From a virus (Duplodnaviria; Caudoviricetes): DNA of 33,293 nt. This document shows, piece after piece, positions 19,286 through 26,483 of this stretch. Under the pieces are notes generated by a model, which did not search any database, was not told where the DNA came from, and was given only the letters and a program-made list of their open reading frames with translations. The position numbers were made by a program, and so were the translations under genes. How positions within the stretch are numbered: position 1 is the first letter of the stretch; the number at the start of each line of letters is the position of its first letter. The stretch covers positions 1-33,293 of the IMG/VR virus record IMGVR_UViG_3300032237_000969; one strand, 5' to 3'.

Positions 19286-20206
19286 TCACTGAGCTAATTT
19301 TGCGAAATACGACATCGTGTCGTCATTTTCATCATCATCATCATAAGAAGATGTAGATCTAGTAGCAGTCAGATTGTTAAGTTCAGAACGAAGATTTTCA
19401 TCAAGGTCACGAACTGGACCGCGAGTATTTTCTTCATCTTCAACTTCCAAATCTTGGCGACGAGCACCTTTTGCTCCAAGAACGGAATCAAGACGAGTCT
19501 TCAGTTCATCATAGGATTTAAATTGATCTGGAGAAACAAACTCAAGAAGAGAATATTGCTTTTTCCAGATTCCTTCAATCACATCATCATCAGCATCAAG
19601 AACCGAAACAGGTGCAAACTCTGAAGAATCATAATTACGATAACCAGCAACATTCTTTGCTTTCAGTTTAAAATTAGCACCTGTCCAAAAATCAAATGGA
19701 TCAATTGCTTGCTCATCCTCAAATTCTGGTTGCATTGCTGCAGTCAGTTTATCAAAGATTTTTTTACCATACTTATACAGAAAGACCTTACCTTCATTTT
19801 CAGGATTTGCAGGATCTTTAACAACATAAATGTTGCTCACATAAGTCAGTTTACGCTTCTGCTTACGTGCTACTTCTTTATTGGAATCAATTCCAGAATT
19901 CCAAAGTTCAGAATTGTGTTCACAGACCGGACATTTTTGATTCATGGTTGTAAGGCACTGATCAATTAACCAACCACCAGGACCTTGAAATGCATGACTA
20001 TAGACTTTAACAAATGGGAGATCTTCTCCATCAGGGGCAGGAAGGAAACGAATAATTGCATAACCATTCTGTGCCTTATCACATTCAAGTTTCCACAAAC
20101 GTTCATCAGCAGAACTATTCGTATTATTCATTTTTTCGACTTCTTTCACCAATTTTGCGGTGAGAGAACCAAGTTTGGATTGTTTTTTAAGATCGGCAAA
20201 AGCCAT
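19286..20206 (-). CDS. gp32: Single-stranded DNA-binding protein gp32
   Basis: 'DERLWK...NGYAIIRFLPAP...HAFQGPGGW...C...CPVCE...GANFKLK...YRNYDSSEF' and the acidic tail ending 'YFAKLAQ'. Confidence 0.95.
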   Translation of the reverse strand: MAFADLKKQSKLGSLTAKLVKEVEKMNNTNSSADERLWKLECDKAQNGYAIIRFLPAPDGEDLPFVKVYSHAFQGPGGWLIDQCLTTMNQKCPVCEHNSELWNSGIDSNKEVARKQKRKLTYVSNIYVVKDPANPENEGKVFLYKYGKKIFDKLTAAMQPEFEDEQAIDPFDFWTGANFKLKAKNVAGYRNYDSSEFAPVSVLDADDDVIEGIWKKQYSLLEFVSPDQFKSYDELKTRLDSVLGAKGARRQDLEVEDEENTRGPVRDLDENLRSELNNLTATRSTSSYDDDDENDDTMSYFAKLAQ

Positions 20207-20249
20207 TTGGATACCTCGGATAATTTTGGATTTGTTTGATTACTTGGAT

Positions 20250-20278
20250 ATTATAACAAGATTTTTTTTATTTGTCAA
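20250..20278 (-). promoter_or_regulatory. Consensus sigma70-type (early) promoter for gp32
   Basis: TTGACA-N17-TATAAT, an exact match. Confidence 0.85.
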
Positions 20279-20600
20279 CAAACTGCCTGAGCGATTCAAT
20301 CGTTTTATTCATGCTATTGAAAAGTAAATTCATATCTGTATCTGGAGGAAACCCCATAAGTGCCACAGATTTACGCAGATTCTCTTTCATCTCAATCGCT
20401 TGTGGATCGTCAGAAAGAGAGAGTCTTGTGTACATAATTTGTTGTTTTTCAAGCAATAAAGTTATTTTTTCAATATGTTCTATTTTATCTTCACGGGACA
20501 TAGATCCAAATGATAAAATACTTCCATAAATGAACTTTTGAAGATCATTAATCTCTTTTAATTCATTCTGAATCATTTCTGAGTCAAAAAATTTACTCAT
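20268..20600 (-). CDS. Conserved cyanophage hypothetical protein (DUF1825-like)
   Basis: 'FFDSEMIQNEL...LLEKQQIMYTRLSLSDDPQA' motif; position between gp59 and gp32. Confidence 0.7.
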   Translation of the reverse strand: MSKFFDSEMIQNELKEINDLQKFIYGSILSFGSMSREDKIEHIEKITLLLEKQQIMYTRLSLSDDPQAIEMKENLRKSVALMGFPPDTDMNLLFNSMNKTIESLRQFVDK

Positions 20601-21189
20601 TTACAATTTCCCTTAAAAGTTTTTTGTAATTGAACACATTAATATTTAGAAATGGTTTGTACTTCTTAATTTTTAAACTTACGGTTTCCCATACTGGATC
20701 TGATAATTTCGTATCAAATACATTCCCAAACTGAAAGATAATATCATAAATTGTCAAAGTTTCAATTGATATTTTTCCTCCCAGGAATTTTTTTAATACT
20801 GGTGGATGACCTTTCAAGCAACTGAAAGCATCTTCTAATTTGATTTCCGAGAGTAATTCTTCTGACTGTTCTTTGAACAAGTAAGTTAAACTCTGCTGTC
20901 GTTTCATCCACTCTGTGTATGTTCTTTCTCCAGAACTTATAATTTCTCCAATCCATATTTGATTTACACTGCTAGATTCTATGAAGTTTGCAACTAAGAA
21001 ATCAACAATCTCTTCGTCTTTATATTTGCGACTTGTTTTCTCGAACCAGTATTTATCGGATCGGGCATTAAACGATGTTGCAGAGGCACGAACTTTTTTG
21101 TTGTATTTGAAGTAATCGTATTTTACATTACTAAAATGTGATTTTAGGGCAAGATATTCAATATAAACTTGATAGGGAGTCACCTTCAA
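20593..21189 (-). CDS. gp59: Helicase loader gp59 (TTG start)
   Basis: 'YLALKSHF...YDYFKYN.KVRAS..SF..RSDKYWFEK...ISIETL...IKKYKPFL'. Confidence 0.85.
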   Translation of the reverse strand: MKVTPYQVYIEYLALKSHFSNVKYDYFKYNKKVRASATSFNARSDKYWFEKTSRKYKDEEIVDFLVANFIESSSVNQIWIGEIISSGERTYTEWMKRQQSLTYLFKEQSEELLSEIKLEDAFSCLKGHPPVLKKFLGGKISIETLTIYDIIFQFGNVFDTKLSDPVWETVSLKIKKYKPFLNINVFNYKKLLREIVNE

Positions 21190-21212
21190 TTTCTTACATT
21201 ATAACTCTATGT

Positions 21213-21241
21213 ATTATAGCACGAACTCTGGGTGGAGTCAA
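21213..21241 (-). promoter_or_regulatory. Sigma70-type promoter at the cassette 3' end, driving gp59
   Basis: TTGACT-N17-TATAAT with an extended -10 TG; the -35 box overlaps the endonuclease stop codon. Confidence 0.75.
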
Positions 21242-21900
21242 GACTCCGGATCCAGAGGCGCATTTTCAAGGTTTTTCATTAGATCACGTTGTCTTTGATA
21301 TTCTATTAATCTTTCTCTATTTTTTTGATAATACTGTTTATGATATTCTCTTAATTTTTCTTTATTTTTTATTTGATATTGTTTTTGAACTTCTTTTATT
21401 GTTTCTTTATTTTTTTCTCTATATTTTTTATTAACTTCTTTTTTTGTTTTACTATTTCTACCTTTTTCATTTAATTTTTCTTTATTATTATCTCTATATT
21501 TTTTCTTAATTTCCTTTACTCTTTCTTTATTTTCCTCCACCCATTTATCATAAGTTTCTTTTCCCTTTTTGGATTGTTGATATTTTTTTACAGATTCAAT
21601 TCTCAATTTTTCTTTTTCTTCTTTACTTCTTATTAAACTTGCTCTATTTTTTCCACCAATGCTTCTGTTAATCAGAATACCACCCTCACTTTTTCTTTTA
21701 TATACGGATATTAACTCCTCTTCAAATAAGTAACTTTCTTCTTCATTATCAAAATATTTAACTATTACTATTCTATCCTTTGGTGGAGGAGAAATCCATC
21801 TTTTTCCCCAAGTATGCTTCACATATGCCCGGTATTCTTTACCTTTACCGACATAATAAGGAGTTCGGTCTTCTCTTACCCAGAGATAAACATAGTACAT
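21238..21900 (-). CDS. Free-standing GIY-YIG-like homing endonuclease #2
   Basis: 'MYYVYLWVREDRTPYYVGKGK..RAY...EEESYLFEEELI..Y.RK..GGILIN...GG' followed by a K/E-rich repeated C-terminus. Confidence 0.75.
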   Translation of the reverse strand: MYYVYLWVREDRTPYYVGKGKEYRAYVKHTWGKRWISPPPKDRIVIVKYFDNEEESYLFEEELISVYKRKSEGGILINRSIGGKNRASLIRSKEEKEKLRIESVKKYQQSKKGKETYDKWVEENKERVKEIKKKYRDNNKEKLNEKGRNSKTKKEVNKKYREKNKETIKEVQKQYQIKNKEKLREYHKQYYQKNRERLIEYQRQRDLMKNLENAPLDPES

Positions 21901-22004
21901 TTCTGCTCTTAAGTTGGGTGCATTACTATTTATGCAAGAAAAGAGGCATTACTGCCCCTAATCTACCTGTGAAGATTGCACCCAACTCAGGCACCATTAT
22001 TTAG
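21901..22004 (-). promoter_or_regulatory. Endonuclease leader cassette #2
   Basis: CTAAATA at 21998-22004; GTGCCTG-AGTTGGGTGCA at 21977-94; hairpin AGGGGCA-GTAA-TGCCTCT plus TTTCTT; CATAAATA at 21927-34; TGCACCCAACT at 21912-22; then AAGAGCAGAA-ATG. Confidence 0.75.
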
Positions 22005-22010
22005 TCACCT

Positions 22011-22316
22011 TCATATTGGCAACCGTGCCTTTGAAGTTTTCTTCATGAAGTTCAGATTGATTGCATCATATTTTAATCTTTCTTTCAATGGTTTTGAAAT
22101 TAGTTTAGTAACTGATTCTATTTCAATGCTATTTGTTTCACAATAATGAACAATCGCATCAATATAGTTACATTTTTCTTCGGTGACAATTTTTTCTACT
22201 TCCAGTGCGAATTTGGAAGGAGTTAAAAATTTACTTTCTATTGCTTGCTCTAGTTCTTTATTTGGTTCCATATATTCTATTTTAAATTCAAGAAGATTTT
22301 CTAGTGCATTACTCAT
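22011..22316 (-). CDS. gp33: Late-transcription co-activator gp33
   Basis: 'KFALEVEKIV...YIDAIVHYCE.N.IE.ESV.KLISKPLKERLKYDA..LNFMKKTSKARLP'. The true start may be the internal MEPNK. Confidence 0.85.
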   Translation of the reverse strand: MSNALENLLEFKIEYMEPNKELEQAIESKFLTPSKFALEVEKIVTEEKCNYIDAIVHYCETNSIEIESVTKLISKPLKERLKYDAINLNFMKKTSKARLPI

Positions 22317-22338
22317 AATTTTTTACAATATAATATTT

Positions 22339-22367
22339 ATTATAACTCAAAATATCATATTAGTCAA
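22339..22367 (-). promoter_or_regulatory. Sigma70-type promoter driving gp33
   Basis: TTGACT-N17-TATAAT; the -35 box overlaps the final stop codon of the pseudogene. Confidence 0.75.
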
Positions 22368-22781
22368 TAAAAATGCAAGATTTTTTAATCATATGTCGTG
22401 ATATACCCAGTTTTTCAATAGCATCTTTTATACAATCAAAAGGTTTTCCATCAAAAATAATTTTTTATGCTCTTCTGTATGTTTTTTTCCATATGTTGAA
22501 AATCCAGTAGAAGTCTGATATGATCTATTAGCAAAGTGCTTATTTTGAACCACCTTATAATATTCTTGTAATATAATCTCATCAATATATGCTTCTTCTC
22601 TTGTAGAATAATCACTTTTCAATATTATTTTTTGTGTAGGTTTAAAGTTTTTATCTTTAGAAGACCCAAAATATTTTATATCTTCTTCTGGAAGGCAATA
22701 GCATTTTCTACTGCCAAAATATCCTTTGCCCCATTCTTCATAATAATAGTAAGTATAATAATATTCTTTTCAAGTTTTCAT
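22360..22781 (-). pseudogene. Inactivated GIY-YIG-like homing endonuclease #3, paralog of 23538-24167
   Basis: ATG AAA ACT TGA gives a stop at codon 4 (22770-72). The frame continues KEYYYTYYYYEEWGKGYFGSRKCYCLPEEDIKYFGS...ANRSYQTSTG...KKHTEEHKK. A frameshift then separates an HTH-like tail IIFDGKPFDCIKDAIEKLGISRHMIKKSCIFID*. Confidence 0.85.
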
Positions 22782-22875
22782 ATATTTACACTATCAGGGT
22801 CGCATTAGTATTTATAAGGGGAACATTACTGCTCCCCACCTGAAAAGTGCGACCCAGACAGGCACCTTTATTTAG
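22782..22875 (-). promoter_or_regulatory. Endonuclease leader cassette #3
   Basis: CTAAATA at 22869-75; GTGCCTGTCT-GGGTCGCA at 22848-65; hairpin GGGGAGCA-GTAA-TGTTCCCC at 22818-37; TATAAATA at 22809-16; TGCGACCC at 22797-804. Confidence 0.7.
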
Positions 22876-23548
22876 ACATAAGTTCCAAACGGTCATTAAC
22901 AAACTTTTTAATATATTCGACCACAAGTTTCATATATTTTTTCAAATCTCTTTCCTCATAAAGAACACATTCTCCAGTTTCACACGCCATAATAATTACT
23001 AGTTTTTTAATAGGAGTCCCAGTCATTTCATAATATGCCATACCATAAAACATTGCTTGAACAAAATAATGATCAATCCAGTCTCGTGGTTTTGGTTTCT
23101 TTGAAGTCTTAAAGTCGATTACAGCAAGTTCTTGGTTGTGTTCTCCAATACAATCCGTCGTTCCTGCTACACCAAGTTGCTTACTATACAAAGCACCTTC
23201 TAAACAATGGATATTATTAATATGATTAAGTTCAAATTTAGAAATATTAAATAGAAACTCTGAAAGAGGTTGAACTGTAGGAAGATCAAGATTTTTTAGA
23301 TAATATTCAGTAAGAGTATGCATATCCGTACCACGACTAGTTGCTGCTTTTGTGATACGGTCTGCTTCAACATCTCCAACTTTCTTACGCCATTTTACAA
23401 AAATTTCTTTATTAAAATGACTAGTAACAGAAGTGATTGAAACTAGTTTGAGTAGTTCTTCATCATCAGGTACGAAGTAATACCTTGTACCGTCAATTGT
23501 AGTCCTTTCAAGTTTAGGTAATTTAATATCAATATGATTAAAAGTCAT
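22868..23548 (-). CDS. PD-(D/E)xK (Cas4/RecB-like) exonuclease; likely start MTFNH at 23548
   Basis: 'SITSV...W...VG..EA...A..RGT.MH...E', 'LEGALYS..LGVAGT.DCI...AVIDFKTS.KPK...YFVQ...Y'; position next to phoH. Confidence 0.85.
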   Translation of the reverse strand: MTFNHIDIKLPKLERTTIDGTRYYFVPDDEELLKLVSITSVTSHFNKEIFVKWRKKVGDVEADRITKAATSRGTDMHTLTEYYLKNLDLPTVQPLSEFLFNISKFELNHINNIHCLEGALYSKQLGVAGTTDCIGEHNQELAVIDFKTSKKPKPRDWIDHYFVQAMFYGMAYYEMTGTPIKKLVIIMACETGECVLYEERDLKKYMKLVVEYIKKFVNDRLELMSK

Positions 23549-24167
23549 TAATTTTGGGGGTTGTCCATCCGTTATGTTGTTTTCTTTTTCCAGATATAAC
23601 ATTAAAAATGTGCCTTTTGTTTAAATTGTTGTCTTTGCAAAATTGAGATACATTGCTTCCACTTACTATTTTACCATATGGATCTAATAATGTAAACTCT
23701 TTGGACTTTTTTTGTGCCCTTTTTAGTTTGTGTTCTTCTGTTTGTTTTCTTCCTTTATTTTTTTGCCTTATTTTTTCCTTTATCTCATCTGAAACACATT
23801 TACCTTTATTCCAAGCAATTCTACCTTTATGAGATTCACTTAATTTTTTTCGAGTTTCATCAGATGGAAATAATCCAAGAGTAGTCCATCCTGTAGAAGT
23901 TTGATATGCTCTATTAGCAAAATGTAGATTTTCTACTACTTTATAATGCTCTTGTAAAATAATCTCATCAATATATGCTTCTTCCCTTGTAGCATAGTCA
24001 TCTTTGAGTATTATTTTTTGAGATGGTTTGAATGTTTTATCTTTGAATGATCCAAAATACTTTATATCTTCTTCTGGAAGACATTTACAACTTCTACTAC
24101 CAAAATATCCTCTACCATATTCTTCATAAGAATAATAGACATAGTGATACTTTCTTAAAGTTTCCAT
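23538..24167 (-). CDS. Free-standing GIY-YIG-like homing endonuclease #4 with NUMOD3-like motifs; likely start METLRK at 24167
   Basis: 'YHYVYYSYEEYGRGYFGSR...YFGS...REEAYIDEIILQ...FAN', 'SDETRKKLSESHKGRIAWNKG' and a C-terminal HTH-like '...RKQHNGW'. Confidence 0.8.
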   Translation of the reverse strand: METLRKYHYVYYSYEEYGRGYFGSRSCKCLPEEDIKYFGSFKDKTFKPSQKIILKDDYATREEAYIDEIILQEHYKVVENLHFANRAYQTSTGWTTLGLFPSDETRKKLSESHKGRIAWNKGKCVSDEIKEKIRQKNKGRKQTEEHKLKRAQKKSKEFTLLDPYGKIVSGSNVSQFCKDNNLNKRHIFNVISGKRKQHNGWTTPKINDF

Positions 24168-24274
24168 AGTTCTGCTTCTAATTTGTGTTCGCAATACTAT
24201 TTATACAAGAAAAGGTGCCAAAGCACCCTTTCCACTCTCATGGATGCGAACACATTAGAGCACTATTATTTATA
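24168..24274 (-). promoter_or_regulatory. Endonuclease leader cassette #4
   Basis: TATAAATA at 24267-74; GTGCTCTAA-TGTGTTCGCA at 24245-63; hairpin AAGGGTGC-TTTG-GCACCTTT plus TCTT; TATAAATA at 24198-205; TGCGAACACA at 24184-93; then AATTAGAAGCAGAACT-ATG. Confidence 0.75.
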
Positions 24275-24294
24275 CTTAAACATTACAAATCCAC

Positions 24295-25059
24295 TTAACG
24301 ATAGAAAATTCCAAGTTCGTGTTTTGCAATCAGATACTCTTTAACTAATCCACTTCTGCAAATATCATCCACAGTGAATTCAATCGTATCAAAAGAAATC
24401 ATTGTTTTTAAGATTTTGAGAAATTCAACTACACCATCTCTTTCGTGCTGTTTTAATAGATCACTTTGTTCAGTATCTCCAGTAAAAATGATTCTGGTAT
24501 TTTCTCCAACTCTTGTAATGATAGAATCTAATTCATGAAATGAAAGATTACTAAACTCATCTACAATAATTACTGCATTGTCTAGAGTAGTTCCACGAAG
24601 AAATGAAGTGCTCCAAAATTTAATGGTTTCTTGAGATTTCAAATTTCCATAAAGCATTTCAAAGTCAGCATCAGAAGGCATTTGGAACATGTATTTTACC
24701 ATATTCTTATAAGGAATTTGGTAAATATCTGCCTTATCATCATGACTACCAGGAAGAAATCCAATTTCTCTTGTGGCAACTAAAGAACGAACAATATAAA
24801 CTTTTTCTACTGGTGAATGTTCATTTAATACATCTTTTAAAGCATTGTAAAGACTAATAAAAGTTTTACCAGTTCCAGCGCAACCATAAGCGACAATATG
24901 TTTTTGGGAATCATAGGCATTAAATAATTTTTTTTGATTTTCTGTTAATGGTTCAATATCAATTAAAGTATCTAATCCAATCGGTTTTTTAGTTTTTTTT
25001 TGCTTTGGAACTCCACTTAATTCATTAAATTGATCATTAGACCTTTTTCTTCGTGCCAT
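24295..25059 (-). CDS. phoH: PhoH-family ATPase
   Basis: Walker A 'GCAGTGKT', 'IGFLPG', 'SFLRGTTLDNAVIIVDE', 'TRVGEN..IIFTGD..QSDL', 'DICRSGLVKEY'. Confidence 0.95.
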   Translation of the reverse strand: MARRKRSNDQFNELSGVPKQKKTKKPIGLDTLIDIEPLTENQKKLFNAYDSQKHIVAYGCAGTGKTFISLYNALKDVLNEHSPVEKVYIVRSLVATREIGFLPGSHDDKADIYQIPYKNMVKYMFQMPSDADFEMLYGNLKSQETIKFWSTSFLRGTTLDNAVIIVDEFSNLSFHELDSIITRVGENTRIIFTGDTEQSDLLKQHERDGVVEFLKILKTMISFDTIEFTVDDICRSGLVKEYLIAKHELGIFYR

Positions 25060-25068
25060 ATATTTAAT

Positions 25069-25308
25069 TTAGATTTTTTTTACTTTTGACCCAGGAGCCT
25101 TTCCAACTTTTTCTAATACCGAATTCCATGAAGGATGCTTTGATGTCAATTTATTTTGCCAATCACCAACTTCACCAACATTCATTTGTGTTGGGATAAG
25201 TGGTTTTAGATTTGGATTTTCATTGAGATATGGTTCTTTTTCTGCCATAAGCATCCATTTTTCAAAGATTTCTCCAGTATCAGTATTTTCAAATCTATAA
25301 GTAGGCAT
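25069..25308 (-). CDS. Conserved T4-like phage hypothetical protein (FmdB-like N-terminus)
   Basis: 'MPTYRF.N..TGE..E...YL.ENP...W..VL.KV.KAPGS'; CTAAATA late promoter at 25331-37. Confidence 0.7.
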   Translation of the reverse strand: MPTYRFENTDTGEIFEKWMLMAEKEPYLNENPNLKPLIPTQMNVGEVGDWQNKLTSKHPSWNSVLEKVGKAPGSKVKKI

Positions 25309-25338
25309 AAGTTTTAATAATGTGTATGGTTATTTAGA

Positions 25339-26094
25339 TCAAGGACTCAAACGTGCTTTATACAATCTTTTTTCTTCATAATAACTAAAGATTTCAGGAA
25401 CCCATTCTTTAATTAGGGGAGAAATTGCGTGACAAAGTGCTTGAATTTCTACTTGAGCATCAAGTTTAGCACGAAGATCTAAAAAGTGAAGAACAGCACG
25501 AAGAGAGAATGTAGCGACAAAGTTTTGACGAATATTCTGAGGAAGATAATCCCGAAGATGTTCTTCTGCCATACCACGCTTAGTATAACCCTCCTCATAC
25601 CTCTCAGATGCCGCCAGACAGAACTTTAACTGTCTTTCGTAATCTTCCCTCGTCCATTCATACTTATGCCCTTTACGGTCCAGATAGAGACCTTCTGGAC
25701 GCACATAGAATACTTCTTGTGGTTTCAGTTCACCTTTTGCAACTTTCAATACACGACGACCAGTATATCTCTGAGATTGAACATCAAAAGAAACTCCAAC
25801 ACGGTGAGTTCGTGCCTGAACGATTACATTATGAACGAATCCAACACAATCAAAAGAAATTGCAGGATGCTCCAATGGTCCCCAATGTCCTCTTTCATTT
25901 GCAAGTAGATGTTCAACTGCCCATTTACCACATTCCTTTTCTACAGGTGGCATCACTGTATGAATAGGTACTTCTGAATAATCATTTTTACCTGCCTGCC
26001 AAACAAGAGTCTGAGGAAGTTGTGACTGACGAATCATCACAACTTTCATTTCTTGGTCAAGTTCCAGTAGATCTTTTGCTTTAATAGGTCTCAT
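25339..26094 (-). CDS. thyX: Flavin-dependent thymidylate synthase ThyX
   Basis: 'HWGPLEH', 'QARTHR...SFDVQSQRY', 'GMAEEHLRDYLPQ', 'HFLDLR...AQVEIQ'. Confidence 0.9.
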   Translation of the reverse strand: MRPIKAKDLLELDQEMKVVMIRQSQLPQTLVWQAGKNDYSEVPIHTVMPPVEKECGKWAVEHLLANERGHWGPLEHPAISFDCVGFVHNVIVQARTHRVGVSFDVQSQRYTGRRVLKVAKGELKPQEVFYVRPEGLYLDRKGHKYEWTREDYERQLKFCLAASERYEEGYTKRGMAEEHLRDYLPQNIRQNFVATFSLRAVLHFLDLRAKLDAQVEIQALCHAISPLIKEWVPEIFSYYEEKRLYKARLSP

Positions 26095-26252
26095 TTCCCA
26101 AATCCTTTTGAGTATTTTGTTTCAATTTGTGATAATGCTTCTTTGGCAGTTTTTAGTTGAGATTTCATTTTTTTGAGTTGCTCATCAGAATATAAATGGT
26201 CTTGTTTAATTAATCTTTCTAAAAGTTTAATCAGTTCTTTTGATCTACTCAT
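26091..26252 (-). CDS. Small conserved hypothetical protein (53 aa; absent from the ORF track)
   Basis: MSRSKELIKLLERLIKQDHLYSDEQLKKMKSQLKTAKEALSQIETKYSKGFGK*; ATGA overlap with thyX. Confidence 0.75.
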   Translation of the reverse strand: MSRSKELIKLLERLIKQDHLYSDEQLKKMKSQLKTAKEALSQIETKYSKGFGK

Positions 26253-26403
26253 TATTATCCTCAAAAATTTCGTCGTAATCTAGTTCTTTAGGTTTAATAT
26301 CATCATACCTGGATAATGGCATATCAGAATAAATTTCTGCTTTCAGAGAATCAACAAGAAGTTCAAGATTGCGAACAATTAGTTTCAGTCTTTCTTTGTC
26401 CAT
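26245..26403 (-). CDS. Small conserved hypothetical protein (52 aa; absent from the ORF track)
   Basis: MDKERLKLIVRNLELLVDSLKAEIYSDMPLSRYDDIKPKELDYDEIFEDNNE*; overlaps the start of the next gene. Confidence 0.75.
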   Translation of the reverse strand: MDKERLKLIVRNLELLVDSLKAEIYSDMPLSRYDDIKPKELDYDEIFEDNNE

Positions 26404-26434
26404 GAATTAAGTTCATTTCAATTTATTTTACCAC

Positions 26435-26461
26435 AAAAAAGGGAGGGAATCAATCCCTCCC
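26435..26461 (-). terminator. Intrinsic terminator
   Basis: GGGAGGGA-N5-TCCCTCCC hairpin followed by T6 on the minus strand, downstream of the 433-aa gene. Confidence 0.85.
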
Positions 26462-26483
26462 AAAAAATTATTATTTTATATTT

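Larger units (their letters stand above)
21178..22013 (-). mobile_element. Homing endonuclease cassette #2 flanked by 11-bp direct repeats (TGAAGGTGACT)
   Basis: AGTCACCTTCA occurs at 21178-21188 and 22003-22013 on the + strand. The repeat is the first codons of gp59. Confidence 0.7.

Noticed and set aside
22770-22772. In-frame TGA as evidence of stop-codon reassignment
   Set aside because: TGA terminates conserved genes here (gp32, gp33, gp59, thyX), and the same ORF has a second lesion, so pseudogenisation is the simpler explanation.
22868-23548. Cas4-like nuclease as part of a CRISPR-Cas system
   Set aside because: No other cas genes or array are present; it fits the stand-alone exonuclease found next to phoH in T4-like phages.
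15813-24194. Extended starts in the ORF track (16721, 23602, 24194)
   Set aside because: They overlap neighbouring genes or promoter/leader elements; starts at 16655, 23548 and 24167 fit better.
14808-24274. Endonuclease loci as group I introns, or their leaders as tRNA genes
   Set aside because: The flanking genes are complete and uninterrupted, and the non-coding parts are only about 100 bp. I saw no group I core and no cloverleaf or T-loop consensus.
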